A stretch of 64,000 nt of DNA. It comes from Pseudomonas phage EL. Shown here one piece after another: positions 20,067 to 27,844 of this stretch. Each line of letters opens with the position of its first letter. The first letter of the stretch is position 1. The notes beneath the pieces were generated by a model. That model was not told the origin of the DNA and did no database searches. It saw nothing but the letters and a program-made list of their open reading frames with translations. The stretch lies in sequence record AJ697969.1. One strand, given 5' to 3'. Position numbers and translations under genes: made by a program.

Positions 20067-20312
20067 ATGACTGGGGATTTCGACCATCTCAGTAACCGTC
20101 AACTGGCAGACTTACTGGCGGGTTACCATTTGTACGGCACTAAGCGGACGAGCGAGATACCCGGGCCTGTAATGCTCAAACTCATCCGAAAACGCCTCCG
20201 GGCAACTGAACCTCTACCTGATATCATTCCCTGTCTCGACGACGGCAAAGACGAACGTGTGCTCGGTCTGTTTGGTGAACGCATCACGGTTAAAGGAAAA
20301 GAAAAACAATGA
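20067..20312 (+). CDS. hypothetical protein, 81 aa
   Basis: ATG at 20067 preceded by GGAGTAA. Confidence 0.55.
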   Translation: MTGDFDHLSNRQLADLLAGYHLYGTKRTSEIPGPVMLKLIRKRLRATEPLPDIIPCLDDGKDERVLGLFGERITVKGKEKQ

Positions 20313-20749
20313 CACATCGTGGGAATAATGAAATTAAGAATACATTTGATCTCTTACACGTGAGTGTAGAGGATCAAACGAATGCGGGGATATTAATACG
20401 GTTATTGGAAAGGGAGGCGAAGATTACCTTTGCTAAGGCGGATACGTTGTTTGTGATGCTGGTAAGGCGTCTAGCAGCGCTTAGGCGAGGCGATCAGGTA
20501 GAAAGGAGTACGGTAGAGGCGGGTAAGGGCAATCGGCTCTATTGGAAGCTTACAGAAGCGTACAGAGTACTTCAAGATAAACCCCCTACTGATCCTCCGT
20601 TGTGTAAAGTCCCTGACGGGTTGGAAGATGTCTTCTTAGCCTTTACGAAGACAGAACCGTTGTATCAAGAAGGCCCCGGGTATTACGGGGCGGTGTATGC
20701 AGGTGACCGCTTACTGACCGCACCCCCGCCTGTAGACTTTGAGTCATGA
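20309..20749 (+). CDS. hypothetical protein, 146 aa
   Basis: ATGA overlap with the upstream gene. Confidence 0.6.
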   Translation: MTHRGNNEIKNTFDLLHVSVEDQTNAGILIRLLEREAKITFAKADTLFVMLVRRLAALRRGDQVERSTVEAGKGNRLYWKLTEAYRVLQDKPPTDPPLCKVPDGLEDVFLAFTKTEPLYQEGPGYYGAVYAGDRLLTAPPPVDFES

Positions 20750-20799
20750 AAACAGTAAATGTTTACGGGTATACCCACTCACTACCCCCTTACTGACCT

Positions 20800-20826
20800 C
20801 CCTACCTAAGCCGAGCTTAGGTAGGG
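20800..20826 (+). terminator. hairpin, CCCTACCTAAGC/GCTTAGGTAGGG
   Basis: A 12-bp perfect stem with a 3-nt loop. Member of the CCTACC hairpin family. Confidence 0.45.
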
Positions 20827-20860
20827 GGTGTTATACCGCATTTAAGCTAAAGGGGAACTC

Positions 20861-20872
20861 AAACCTATATTA
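20861..20872 (+). promoter_or_regulatory. candidate phage promoter motif, AAACCTATATTA(CC)
   Basis: Contains TATATTAC about 35 nt after a hairpin and 44 nt before the ATG at 20916. Related motifs follow hairpins at 26606 and 39613. Confidence 0.3.
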
Positions 20873-20915
20873 CCGGCGTGATTATACCCAATGGATCATT
20901 TAGGAGATTCGGTTT

Positions 20916-21071
20916 ATGCATTACCAAGTGGTGTTTGAACAAGACCTATTGGGTAAAACCCATACACATGACACCGGTCTGTTCATTAACGGTGAATCCA
21001 AACGGTTTTTACCACGTTGTTGGATCATAACGAATCGGTGTTGTATGACGTGTACGACGGACACCTGGTGA
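20916..21071 (+). CDS. small leader ORF, 51 aa, overlapping the start of the next gene
   Basis: A canonical AGGAGA lies 8 nt before the ATG. The ORF ends inside the next ORF, which is in the -1 frame relative to it. Confidence 0.3.
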   Translation: MHYQVVFEQDLLGKTHTHDTGLFINGESKRFLPRCWIITNRCCMTCTTDTW

Positions 21072-21622
21072 TTATCCGTGAAACCAGCGAGGGGGAAGTG
21101 GAGGAATACCTAAGCGATCGGTCGTATGATTACCAGACGTTACCGTTGTTGGTGGTGATTGCGTGCTATAAGCACAATAAGCGGGTGGTGAAGATGGGGC
21201 GGAGTACCCATACCCTGATGTTCCACGACAACAAGGACGGGCGGTTTGAAGCCGTATTAGAAGCCGGTAAAGTCACCCTCCACGATAAGGAGGGGTTAGT
21301 CTTTACCCAAGACGGGGATTATTACCTGTCTCTACCGGAAGAACACGTGGCGAATATCATGCTGGAACGGTTGAATCACAGCTTGAAGTTCTTTGACGAG
21401 AAATACAAGGTTCGGTTTAAAATAGGACGGAACTATGCGTATTTCCCGTTAACGGAAGTCTTTGCAGACCCTGAGGTTCGGAATATACGACTGCGGTTGG
21501 ATAACCTAACGATTACTCAACAGAGCTGGGATCGTATTCGGGAGCAGCTCATGGACCTGTTGGAAGATTACACCCAACCTACTCGAACTGTTCGTATGGA
21601 TCTACCCATTAAGGGGGACTAA
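21017..21622 (+). CDS. hypothetical protein, 201 aa; start uncertain
   Basis: The ORF opens at 20996 and has only TTG (21017) or GTG (21038) starts without an RBS. It is either translationally coupled to, or a frameshift continuation of, the 20916 ORF. Confidence 0.5.
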   Translation: MLDHNESVLYDVYDGHLVIIRETSEGEVEEYLSDRSYDYQTLPLLVVIACYKHNKRVVKMGRSTHTLMFHDNKDGRFEAVLEAGKVTLHDKEGLVFTQDGDYYLSLPEEHVANIMLERLNHSLKFFDEKYKVRFKIGRNYAYFPLTEVFADPEVRNIRLRLDNLTITQQSWDRIREQLMDLLEDYTQPTRTVRMDLPIKGD

Positions 21623-21981
21623 TGGCGTATCAGGAATATGGATCTACGTTCGTTCACGACGGTAAAGTCTACCACCTCAATGACTTCCTCCGTCGAAGTG
21701 AAACACTCCCCGTTAAAACGGTTCCCTTAAAGGACTTTGAATGGCTCCTGGCGTATGCCGTTGAAGAGGATAAGGACAGGATTAAGCGAGCGGACTATTC
21801 CTTTCCGTTGTTGATTACGGAATGGGAAGGGGAGTGGGTGATCATTGATGGCTGGCACCGGTTCCTTAAAGCCCATTGGGATGGGCAATCCGCCTTGAAC
21901 GTTAAGGTCATTCCAACGGACTGGTTTAAAGGTAAAGGAAGGCCCTTTAAACTAAAGGGTTACCGTAATCGCGTTACATAA
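21622..21981 (+). CDS. ParB/Srx-fold (ParB-like nuclease domain) small protein, 119 aa
   Basis: Contains ...WVIIDGWHRFLKA..., which matches the ParB N-terminal/sulfiredoxin (V/I)DGxHR...A signature. TAATG overlap with the upstream gene. Confidence 0.4.
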   Translation: MAYQEYGSTFVHDGKVYHLNDFLRRSETLPVKTVPLKDFEWLLAYAVEEDKDRIKRADYSFPLLITEWEGEWVIIDGWHRFLKAHWDGQSALNVKVIPTDWFKGKGRPFKLKGYRNRVT

Positions 21982-21990
21982 CGTGACATA

Positions 21991-22026
21991 CCCCTACCCC
22001 CTAGCGCTCAGGCTAGGGGGTAGGGG
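21991..22026. terminator. bidirectional hairpin, CCCCTACCCCCTAGC/GCTAGGGGGTAGGGG
   Basis: A 15-bp perfect stem between convergent genes 21622-21981(+) and 22047-23579(-). Confidence 0.6.
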
Positions 22027-22046
22027 GTCTATTATTCATTTTGTCT

Positions 22047-23579
22047 TTACATGGCGTCCCAATCTTTCACGACATCACCATTCTCATTAAAGCGTTGTTG
22101 CAAAGACCGTCTAAAGGCGGGTTTACCATTAATGTCATGTACAAGCCCTAACACGGGATCAAGATCATAGATAAAGAACCGCTTCTCAGGTGAACACCCT
22201 TCACCCCGTTGTTTACCAATGGAACAGGTAAAGTAATTCTTCATGGACGTCTTCGCCACATGAATGGTAATGACACCATCCACTTCGTTGGTAATCTTCG
22301 TAGACGTTTCTGTCATTGACTTACCAGAGACTTCCCGAGCGAAGTAGACCTCAGACTCATCATCCAGTTCTTTTAGTAGTTTCTTAGCTTCAGGGCTCAA
22401 CTGGTGAGGTGTTAAGAAACAAATACCCCGCGCAATCATAAATGACCGGACAGTGCGGAACAGTAATTGAAGTTTATCGGACTTATTCTCCCCAGGGAGT
22501 TTATCGAAATTCTGCAACGCCAAGTAATCATACCCGTACAGAATGATCTCGTGACCTTTGAGTTCCAATTGCCGTACCCGAGCGAACATCTTATCCCGGT
22601 TGTCTTTATGGGCTTCAATCTGGTTAATCACCAGGTACCACCCATTCTTCCGGAAGCAATCCGCAATAGCGGTTACAATGTCTACGCTTTCAGTCACCTG
22701 AAAGTCCCGGTCTTCTTTGTACTTGGTGGTTACCGCCAGCTTGTAGATCCGACGAATCACCAGCTCCATGGCATCCTCAGCCGATTCATACAGGATCGTT
22801 GGAATCTTAGCCTTATTCCGCAGCATGGGTTTGTTGTACATCCCCGCTGAAGCAATCAGGTGAGCCATACCGAAAGACTTACCTCGGTTCGTCATGGCTT
22901 CTAGGAGGTACATCTTACTTCGACGTAATCCTCCATCTGGTTCCAATCCTTGATTGAGACCTTGAATACCGGTTTTAATGATCCCTTCTACACTGTTCTC
23001 CGTCTTCGCCATCTCGATGATATCGAGCATACTTTCCGGCGTGCCTGTATTGACGGAACTCACCACTTCGGATTGACGTTCCCCATACGCGTTATTCACC
23101 CGCTCTTGGATCAAATCAATCAGTTTAGCAAAGTCTTCGGGTTTGGTATCAACGAGGTCCTTATACAGGACTTCTTTCATAGCCTTCTTGAACTGCTTCT
23201 CGAAGACCTCATCTTCCATACTGGAACGAATCTCTGTGATCTGTTTATACACCAGACGACGAGACAGTTCCTCTGTTTCCAGGTCTTCCAATCCAACATT
23301 CACCGCATCCCTGAGACTGTCATCATTCTTGCAGAAGATCGCTACCCGCTGCATCAGCAACGATTTTATAAGTGGATCGTCATTGGACTGGTCCAGCAGC
23401 CAGCTGATTGAAGACCGGATGCTGTCCCTGACACGTCGGTCTTGTGACATCACATCGGGATTTGGGGCTGGGAGTTCTTCCAGTAAGTCTGTCAGTTCTT
23501 CGATCAGGTTAGTGTCTTTTAGTTTTTTGGCCTGATAAATTGCTGATAACAGTTTTACTAACACCAGCAAATCGTTCAT
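22047..23579 (-). CDS. DnaB-family replicative helicase (RecA-fold C-terminal domain), about 510 aa
   Basis: Walker A-like motif (LLEAMTNRGKSFGMAHLIASAG), a DnaB H3-like motif (IILYGYDYLALQN) and an H4-like motif (ICFLTPHQLS). Start set at the ATG at 23579 (MNDLL...), which has an AGGGG RBS. The ORF-track start at 23672 is a GTG that would overlap the divergent gene. Confidence 0.5.
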   Translation of the reverse strand: MNDLLVLVKLLSAIYQAKKLKDTNLIEELTDLLEELPAPNPDVMSQDRRVRDSIRSSISWLLDQSNDDPLIKSLLMQRVAIFCKNDDSLRDAVNVGLEDLETEELSRRLVYKQITEIRSSMEDEVFEKQFKKAMKEVLYKDLVDTKPEDFAKLIDLIQERVNNAYGERQSEVVSSVNTGTPESMLDIIEMAKTENSVEGIIKTGIQGLNQGLEPDGGLRRSKMYLLEAMTNRGKSFGMAHLIASAGMYNKPMLRNKAKIPTILYESAEDAMELVIRRIYKLAVTTKYKEDRDFQVTESVDIVTAIADCFRKNGWYLVINQIEAHKDNRDKMFARVRQLELKGHEIILYGYDYLALQNFDKLPGENKSDKLQLLFRTVRSFMIARGICFLTPHQLSPEAKKLLKELDDESEVYFAREVSGKSMTETSTKITNEVDGVITIHVAKTSMKNYFTCSIGKQRGEGCSPEKRFFIYDLDPVLGLVHDINGKPAFRRSLQQRFNENGDVVKDWDAM

Positions 23580-23604
23580 GCTAACCCCTGAGAGTGTAAA
23601 GTAG

Positions 23605-24150
23605 ATGATTTTTAAATACCCTAACGGTTTACCGTTCGAGTTGTATGTGGTAACCGGGGAGTTGGTTGACACCCTGGTGGCTCAATCCATCCCGCTCTGT
23701 GGATTGAAAGAAATTTCTGCATACCATGACAAGATCACCTTTGGTGAAATGGCTAACTTTGTAGCTTTGCAGTATGCGGCGGCCAAAGTCTTTGGTGTAG
23801 AAATGCCTGACCCTACGGCGTACTTTGGTCATGGGTATAACGCGGGGATGGTAGCCGAAGCATTTAATGGGGTGGACAGTGATGCAATAGCCACCCTCCT
23901 TCGTACCGCCAATCATTTCCGATCGACGGTTAATGGTCAAGTGATTCTCATTGGAGTCGAGGTAGGGGACCATAAAGCCACCGCTAGCTGGGAGAAACTT
24001 CAAGCCAAAACAATCTCAACCGCCGTATTGGAAACACTTTATGCAAGGGTCGGTTATTTGGAAAGTCATTTCGGTCCCGTACCGAAAGCAGGTTTAGGGG
24101 AATTGACTCTGGCTGAAGTGTTCAAGCTGATCCACCTTCAAAACCCCTGA
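23605..24150 (+). CDS. hypothetical protein, 181 aa
   Basis: ORF immediately upstream of the capsid-like gene, divergent from the helicase. Confidence 0.55.
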   Translation: MIFKYPNGLPFELYVVTGELVDTLVAQSIPLCGLKEISAYHDKITFGEMANFVALQYAAAKVFGVEMPDPTAYFGHGYNAGMVAEAFNGVDSDAIATLLRTANHFRSTVNGQVILIGVEVGDHKATASWEKLQAKTISTAVLETLYARVGYLESHFGPVPKAGLGELTLAEVFKLIHLQNP

Positions 24151-24190
24151 TTAAAAGGCTGCATGCATTTTATGTGCAGTTCTATTGCGC

Positions 24191-24206
24191 AACAAACATG
24201 TTTGTT
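24191..24206. promoter_or_regulatory. 16-bp perfect palindrome AACAAACATGTTTGTT upstream of the capsid-like gene
   Basis: Located 27 nt upstream of the ATG at 24233. It overlaps TTTGTTAC, a one-mismatch relative of the TTTATTAC motif seen at 4766 and 39591. Confidence 0.35.
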
Positions 24207-24232
24207 ACTCATCTCGAACAGGATTTATATCC

Positions 24233-26458
24233 ATGGCAAAGCAACTACGAACCTCCATTAATGGAGACAACAATCTTTTCAGCGATGTCTGCAAGTCCCT
24301 GGTAGCCGGTAGTCTTTCCAACATCACCGGTAACGAGAGCTTCGCAGACTTCCGTAGCACTCTTCAGAGCGCGGGCGGTCAGGAAGGTTTTCTGGTCAAC
24401 CGTCTGATTGGTCGTTCGCTCCCGAACGTCAGTGGTAACGAGAGCGCTGACCTGCACACGGGCTTCAACTCGGCTACTTACGACATCGTCCAAGGTATCC
24501 TGGAACGCAAGAGCCGTGACCTGATCCCCATGGACTGCGTTCGTATCTTCCAAGAAGCCGGTGATAACTTCGCCAAGGTGGAAGGTGCTGAAGGCTTCTC
24601 GATGCAGAACTTCGAGGGTCGTGAGCAAGAGATCCGTGCCGCCAACCTGACCCTGAACGCCCAGAGCCACCTTCAAACCGAAGGCGCTGAAGCCCTGTTC
24701 GCCACCGTCGGTGTGCGTTATCAAGACGAAGGCGCTGAGCTGATCGTTCGTGCAGCAGGTCTGGGTACCTACGCGTACGGCAACACCCCGTGGCAATCGG
24801 CTTCTGAACTGCGTCCGATCTTCGGCCTGCTCCGCAGTGGCGATATGTTCAAAGACGAAGCCCTGGCCGTCTACCCGGTATACCCGGACGATAACGCGAG
24901 CGAAGACCGTGCCTTCTTCGTGGCTGAGAGCGTCATCGCCCCGCGTCCTGTGAAATACGCGCAAGGTGATGCCTACGGTCGTGGTGAGCACGAAACCCAA
25001 ATGTTGGCGGTTCCGGTATCGATTCCGAACCTGCTCGCCCTGACCCAAGCGCCGGGCCAACGTCCGTGGAATTCCACCGACGAACTCGAATCCAACTCCA
25101 TCTCCGTGTCTCTCATCGCCGCAAGCGGTAAGCTGGACGGTACTGATATTTCGTTCTTCATCAAAACCGGTGCGATGTCGAACAACACCTTCGCACCAGC
25201 CAACAACGCCCAGACGAGCGATGAGCGCCAACTGAACCTGCAAGTCAAGCAACTGCCGGGCTTCTCGGTGAGCGACAAAGACGGCAAAGTGGTGGGTGAA
25301 ACCATTTTCGCCAGCTTCAAGTCCGCAGGTTACGAACCGCTGCTGGCCTTCCGCCTGACTGGTAGCTACCAACGCCAGACCAACGAGTTCAACCTGCAAC
25401 CGGGTACTGTGACCATCACCGCTGTTCGCAACATCACTACCGGTGTGGTCACCAAGATCGGCTTCGCTGACAGCACGGTTAAAGCCCTGATGCGCTCCTT
25501 CACCGAAGGTAAACTGATCGGTGCTATTACCACCCAGAACGTATCGAACACCAACCGCGGTAACTTCGGTTATCGGATTGAAGTGTACGATGCCAAGAAA
25601 CACCTGTCGGTGAAACGTCGTTCTCCGATCTCGGTGAAATACCCGATCTCGGCTGATGACGTCAACCAGGCCAGCCTGGACTTCGCACTGAGCCAGATGT
25701 CGGTGGTGATTAACAACCAATGCTCCGCTCACGCTTTCCAAGCGGCTGAGCAGCACCTCGAGTACGTCACCTCGATTACCGGTCAACCGGTGGTGGCCAA
25801 CGACCAAGGTTCGGAAGTGCTCGCGGGTCAGCACTTTGTAAGCCCGATCGCCATCAACCGTAGCTTCAAGCTGGTTGATGTGATCTCGGCTAACAGTTCT
25901 TCGGATGTGTTCGTGTCGGTGGCATCCGCCATTACCAACGAGATCGCTGATATCGTTGCGGCCCTGAACACCAAGTCCGGCTTGGCATCCATTGCGGAAT
26001 ACAGCACTGGTAATACCAAGAACGCCTGGACGGTGGTCGTCCATCAGAACTTGAGCCGTTTCATCTTCCGTTCGGGTGATGCACGGACCATTGGTCCGAT
26101 CAACAACCTGAAAGTGGTTGAAACCAACTTCGACAGCATGATCGGTAAGATGTACATCGTTCCGACCAACGATTCCAACAACGAAACCATTAACCCGCTG
26201 GCGGGTATTGGTGTTCTGGTATCGAAGGAGAACGTCGTTGTACAGGGTAACATCACGCGTGACAACAGCGACTTCGGTGTCGTGATGACCCTGCCGAGCT
26301 ACAAACACTGGCCGCTCAACGTGGTCATTGGTTCTCTGGTCATCGAAGATGCTGAAGACCTGCTGAGCGACAAAGGTCTCATCAACCAACTGGCCGTCAA
26401 ACGTGTCAAGGTTGAGAACATCGAGGATGCGAAACCCGACCCAAACGCCGGTCCGTGA
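24233..26458 (+). CDS. major capsid protein candidate (large, phiKZ-like size class), 741 aa
   Basis: Codons are strongly E. coli-optimal (Leu almost only CTG; CGT, CCG, AAC, GAC, TTC, ATC), unlike most of the window. The protein is 741 aa, the size of jumbo-phage capsid proteins. The N-terminal 170 aa are repetitive (SLSNITGNESFADF / SLPNVSGNESADL) and dense in S/A/G-x-E motifs, typical of protease-processed propeptides. No fold can be confirmed by eye. Confidence 0.5.
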   Translation: MAKQLRTSINGDNNLFSDVCKSLVAGSLSNITGNESFADFRSTLQSAGGQEGFLVNRLIGRSLPNVSGNESADLHTGFNSATYDIVQGILERKSRDLIPMDCVRIFQEAGDNFAKVEGAEGFSMQNFEGREQEIRAANLTLNAQSHLQTEGAEALFATVGVRYQDEGAELIVRAAGLGTYAYGNTPWQSASELRPIFGLLRSGDMFKDEALAVYPVYPDDNASEDRAFFVAESVIAPRPVKYAQGDAYGRGEHETQMLAVPVSIPNLLALTQAPGQRPWNSTDELESNSISVSLIAASGKLDGTDISFFIKTGAMSNNTFAPANNAQTSDERQLNLQVKQLPGFSVSDKDGKVVGETIFASFKSAGYEPLLAFRLTGSYQRQTNEFNLQPGTVTITAVRNITTGVVTKIGFADSTVKALMRSFTEGKLIGAITTQNVSNTNRGNFGYRIEVYDAKKHLSVKRRSPISVKYPISADDVNQASLDFALSQMSVVINNQCSAHAFQAAEQHLEYVTSITGQPVVANDQGSEVLAGQHFVSPIAINRSFKLVDVISANSSSDVFVSVASAITNEIADIVAALNTKSGLASIAEYSTGNTKNAWTVVVHQNLSRFIFRSGDARTIGPINNLKVVETNFDSMIGKMYIVPTNDSNNETINPLAGIGVLVSKENVVVQGNITRDNSDFGVVMTLPSYKHWPLNVVIGSLVIEDAEDLLSDKGLINQLAVKRVKVENIEDAKPDPNAGP

Positions 26459-26535
26459 GTCCTGCGAATTACGGGCGGCTTGAGTATCCCGAGTTGCCCT
26501 AGTAGGTACCTCACGGAAATTGCGTGTACCATTAG

Positions 26536-26569
26536 CCCTACCCACTCCCCTAACCGGGAGTGGGTAGGG
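26536..26569 (+). terminator. intrinsic terminator, CCCTACCCACTCCC/GGGAGTGGGTAGGG then TTATATTT
   Basis: Near-identical to the hairpin at 717-748. Sits 78 nt after the capsid-like gene's stop. Confidence 0.65.
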
Positions 26570-26605
26570 TTATATTTGCAGTTATACCGTTTATTGGAAT
26601 ATTTT

Positions 26606-26617
26606 AAACCTACATTA
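26606..26617 (+). promoter_or_regulatory. candidate phage promoter motif, AAACCTACATTA
   Basis: Located 37 nt after the terminator hairpin and 74 nt before the ATG at 26691. The flank TATTTTAAACCTAsATTAT is shared with 39605-39625. Confidence 0.3.
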
Positions 26618-26690
26618 TCCTTGGGTACAAGACAATAGGTTATCTGACCGCGCACCAGATGATCTTGACACTAACTTGAGGATCCTCACC

Positions 26691-27827
26691 ATGAATGACG
26701 TTTCACCCTACCGGCATTTCCGGCTGACTTATGATATCACCAATATGAGCAGCAAACAGATTATTGTCAAGGCGAAAGGAGGGTTGAGTTACCTTATTCG
26801 CAAACCACTAGAGGCTTCGTGGTATCCCGGGGCGATGATCGATATCAAATTCGATCGTCTGTATGTCGGTGATTTCAGTTTTGATAAGTCAGCAGCGCGG
26901 AGTAAATTCGATCGTCTGTTGATTGATAAGATCCAAGCTCACCTGAGCTTTGTGTCGAGCAAAGAGTCGCACGTGGACATTCGGCAGTATCATGACTTCG
27001 GCGTCACGATCAAACTGAACAGGGATGTGGTTGAAGACCTGGAAGGTGAACCGATCCACAGTGATATCCTCGGTATCACGTTGTATAACCGGGAAGAGAA
27101 TACCGGCGATCTTTATCCCCTGAATACGCCAGACTACACCCTCAATGACCTGATGAAATGGGGAATCGGTGAGAGTGATGAGCCGGGAGGTCTTCATTAC
27201 TACGTGTATCTGAACGATCCCCTGAGTGTTCAAAACCCGTTGTACACCAATGTCATGGGTAAAGCGGTAATGGTCCCTACGGTCAGGGAGATGAATAAAG
27301 ATCATGGGTTGTATGTGGGATTGGTCTGCGGTAATTCACTACCGAAGAAGCTATTCTACACCTTTGACCATCTCTGCGATGAAACCCTGGGTTTCCTGGG
27401 TATCTTTAAGACCAAAGCAGAATGTGAGATGGGAGGGAACACGGAACGGGCAATGACTGCCGAGAAGAAAGTGGTTGAACTGAATAAACAACTGAGTTCA
27501 GCCAACAACGAGATTTCCAAACTGAAGGACTTGGTAGACGAGAATGTCCGTAAGAGTGTTGAGTTGGGTATCGAGCTGACCCACCTCAAAAGTGCTCATC
27601 GGTTGGAACTCATGCAAGCGAGAAATGAACGTCAACTGGAGGTGAATCGGCTGCAAATCAACAATGATGCGACCAAAGTACGGAGTGAAATGGACAAGAC
27701 CTTGAGTAAGGCGAATCTGGAGTTCACCCGCCAGCGGGCCAGCGCTAACAACTGGGGAGAAGTGGCTAAGGCGGTTGGGGCTATTGCAACCGTGTTTGCT
27801 GCGGGGTATAAACTATGTACTTCCTGA
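26691..27827 (+). CDS. hypothetical protein with a C-terminal coiled coil and hydrophobic tail, 378 aa
   Basis: ATG at 26691 (MNDVSPY...) preceded by GAGGAT. The C-terminus AKAVGAIATVFAAGYKL is TM-like. Confidence 0.6.
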   Translation: MNDVSPYRHFRLTYDITNMSSKQIIVKAKGGLSYLIRKPLEASWYPGAMIDIKFDRLYVGDFSFDKSAARSKFDRLLIDKIQAHLSFVSSKESHVDIRQYHDFGVTIKLNRDVVEDLEGEPIHSDILGITLYNREENTGDLYPLNTPDYTLNDLMKWGIGESDEPGGLHYYVYLNDPLSVQNPLYTNVMGKAVMVPTVREMNKDHGLYVGLVCGNSLPKKLFYTFDHLCDETLGFLGIFKTKAECEMGGNTERAMTAEKKVVELNKQLSSANNEISKLKDLVDENVRKSVELGIELTHLKSAHRLELMQARNERQLEVNRLQINNDATKVRSEMDKTLSKANLEFTRQRASANNWGEVAKAVGAIATVFAAGYKLCTS

Positions 27828-27844
27828 TATGGTAGGTAGGTAGG

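Noticed and set aside
24245-26545. 766-aa ORF on the minus strand antisense to the capsid-like gene
   Set aside because: Artefact of the extreme codon bias of the sense gene, where GC-rich third positions suppress antisense stops. It has no RBS, no operon context and a low-complexity translation.
26664-26690. Sigma70-like TTGACA hexamer upstream of gene 26691
   Set aside because: No acceptable -10 hexamer at 16-18 bp spacing, so probably a chance match.
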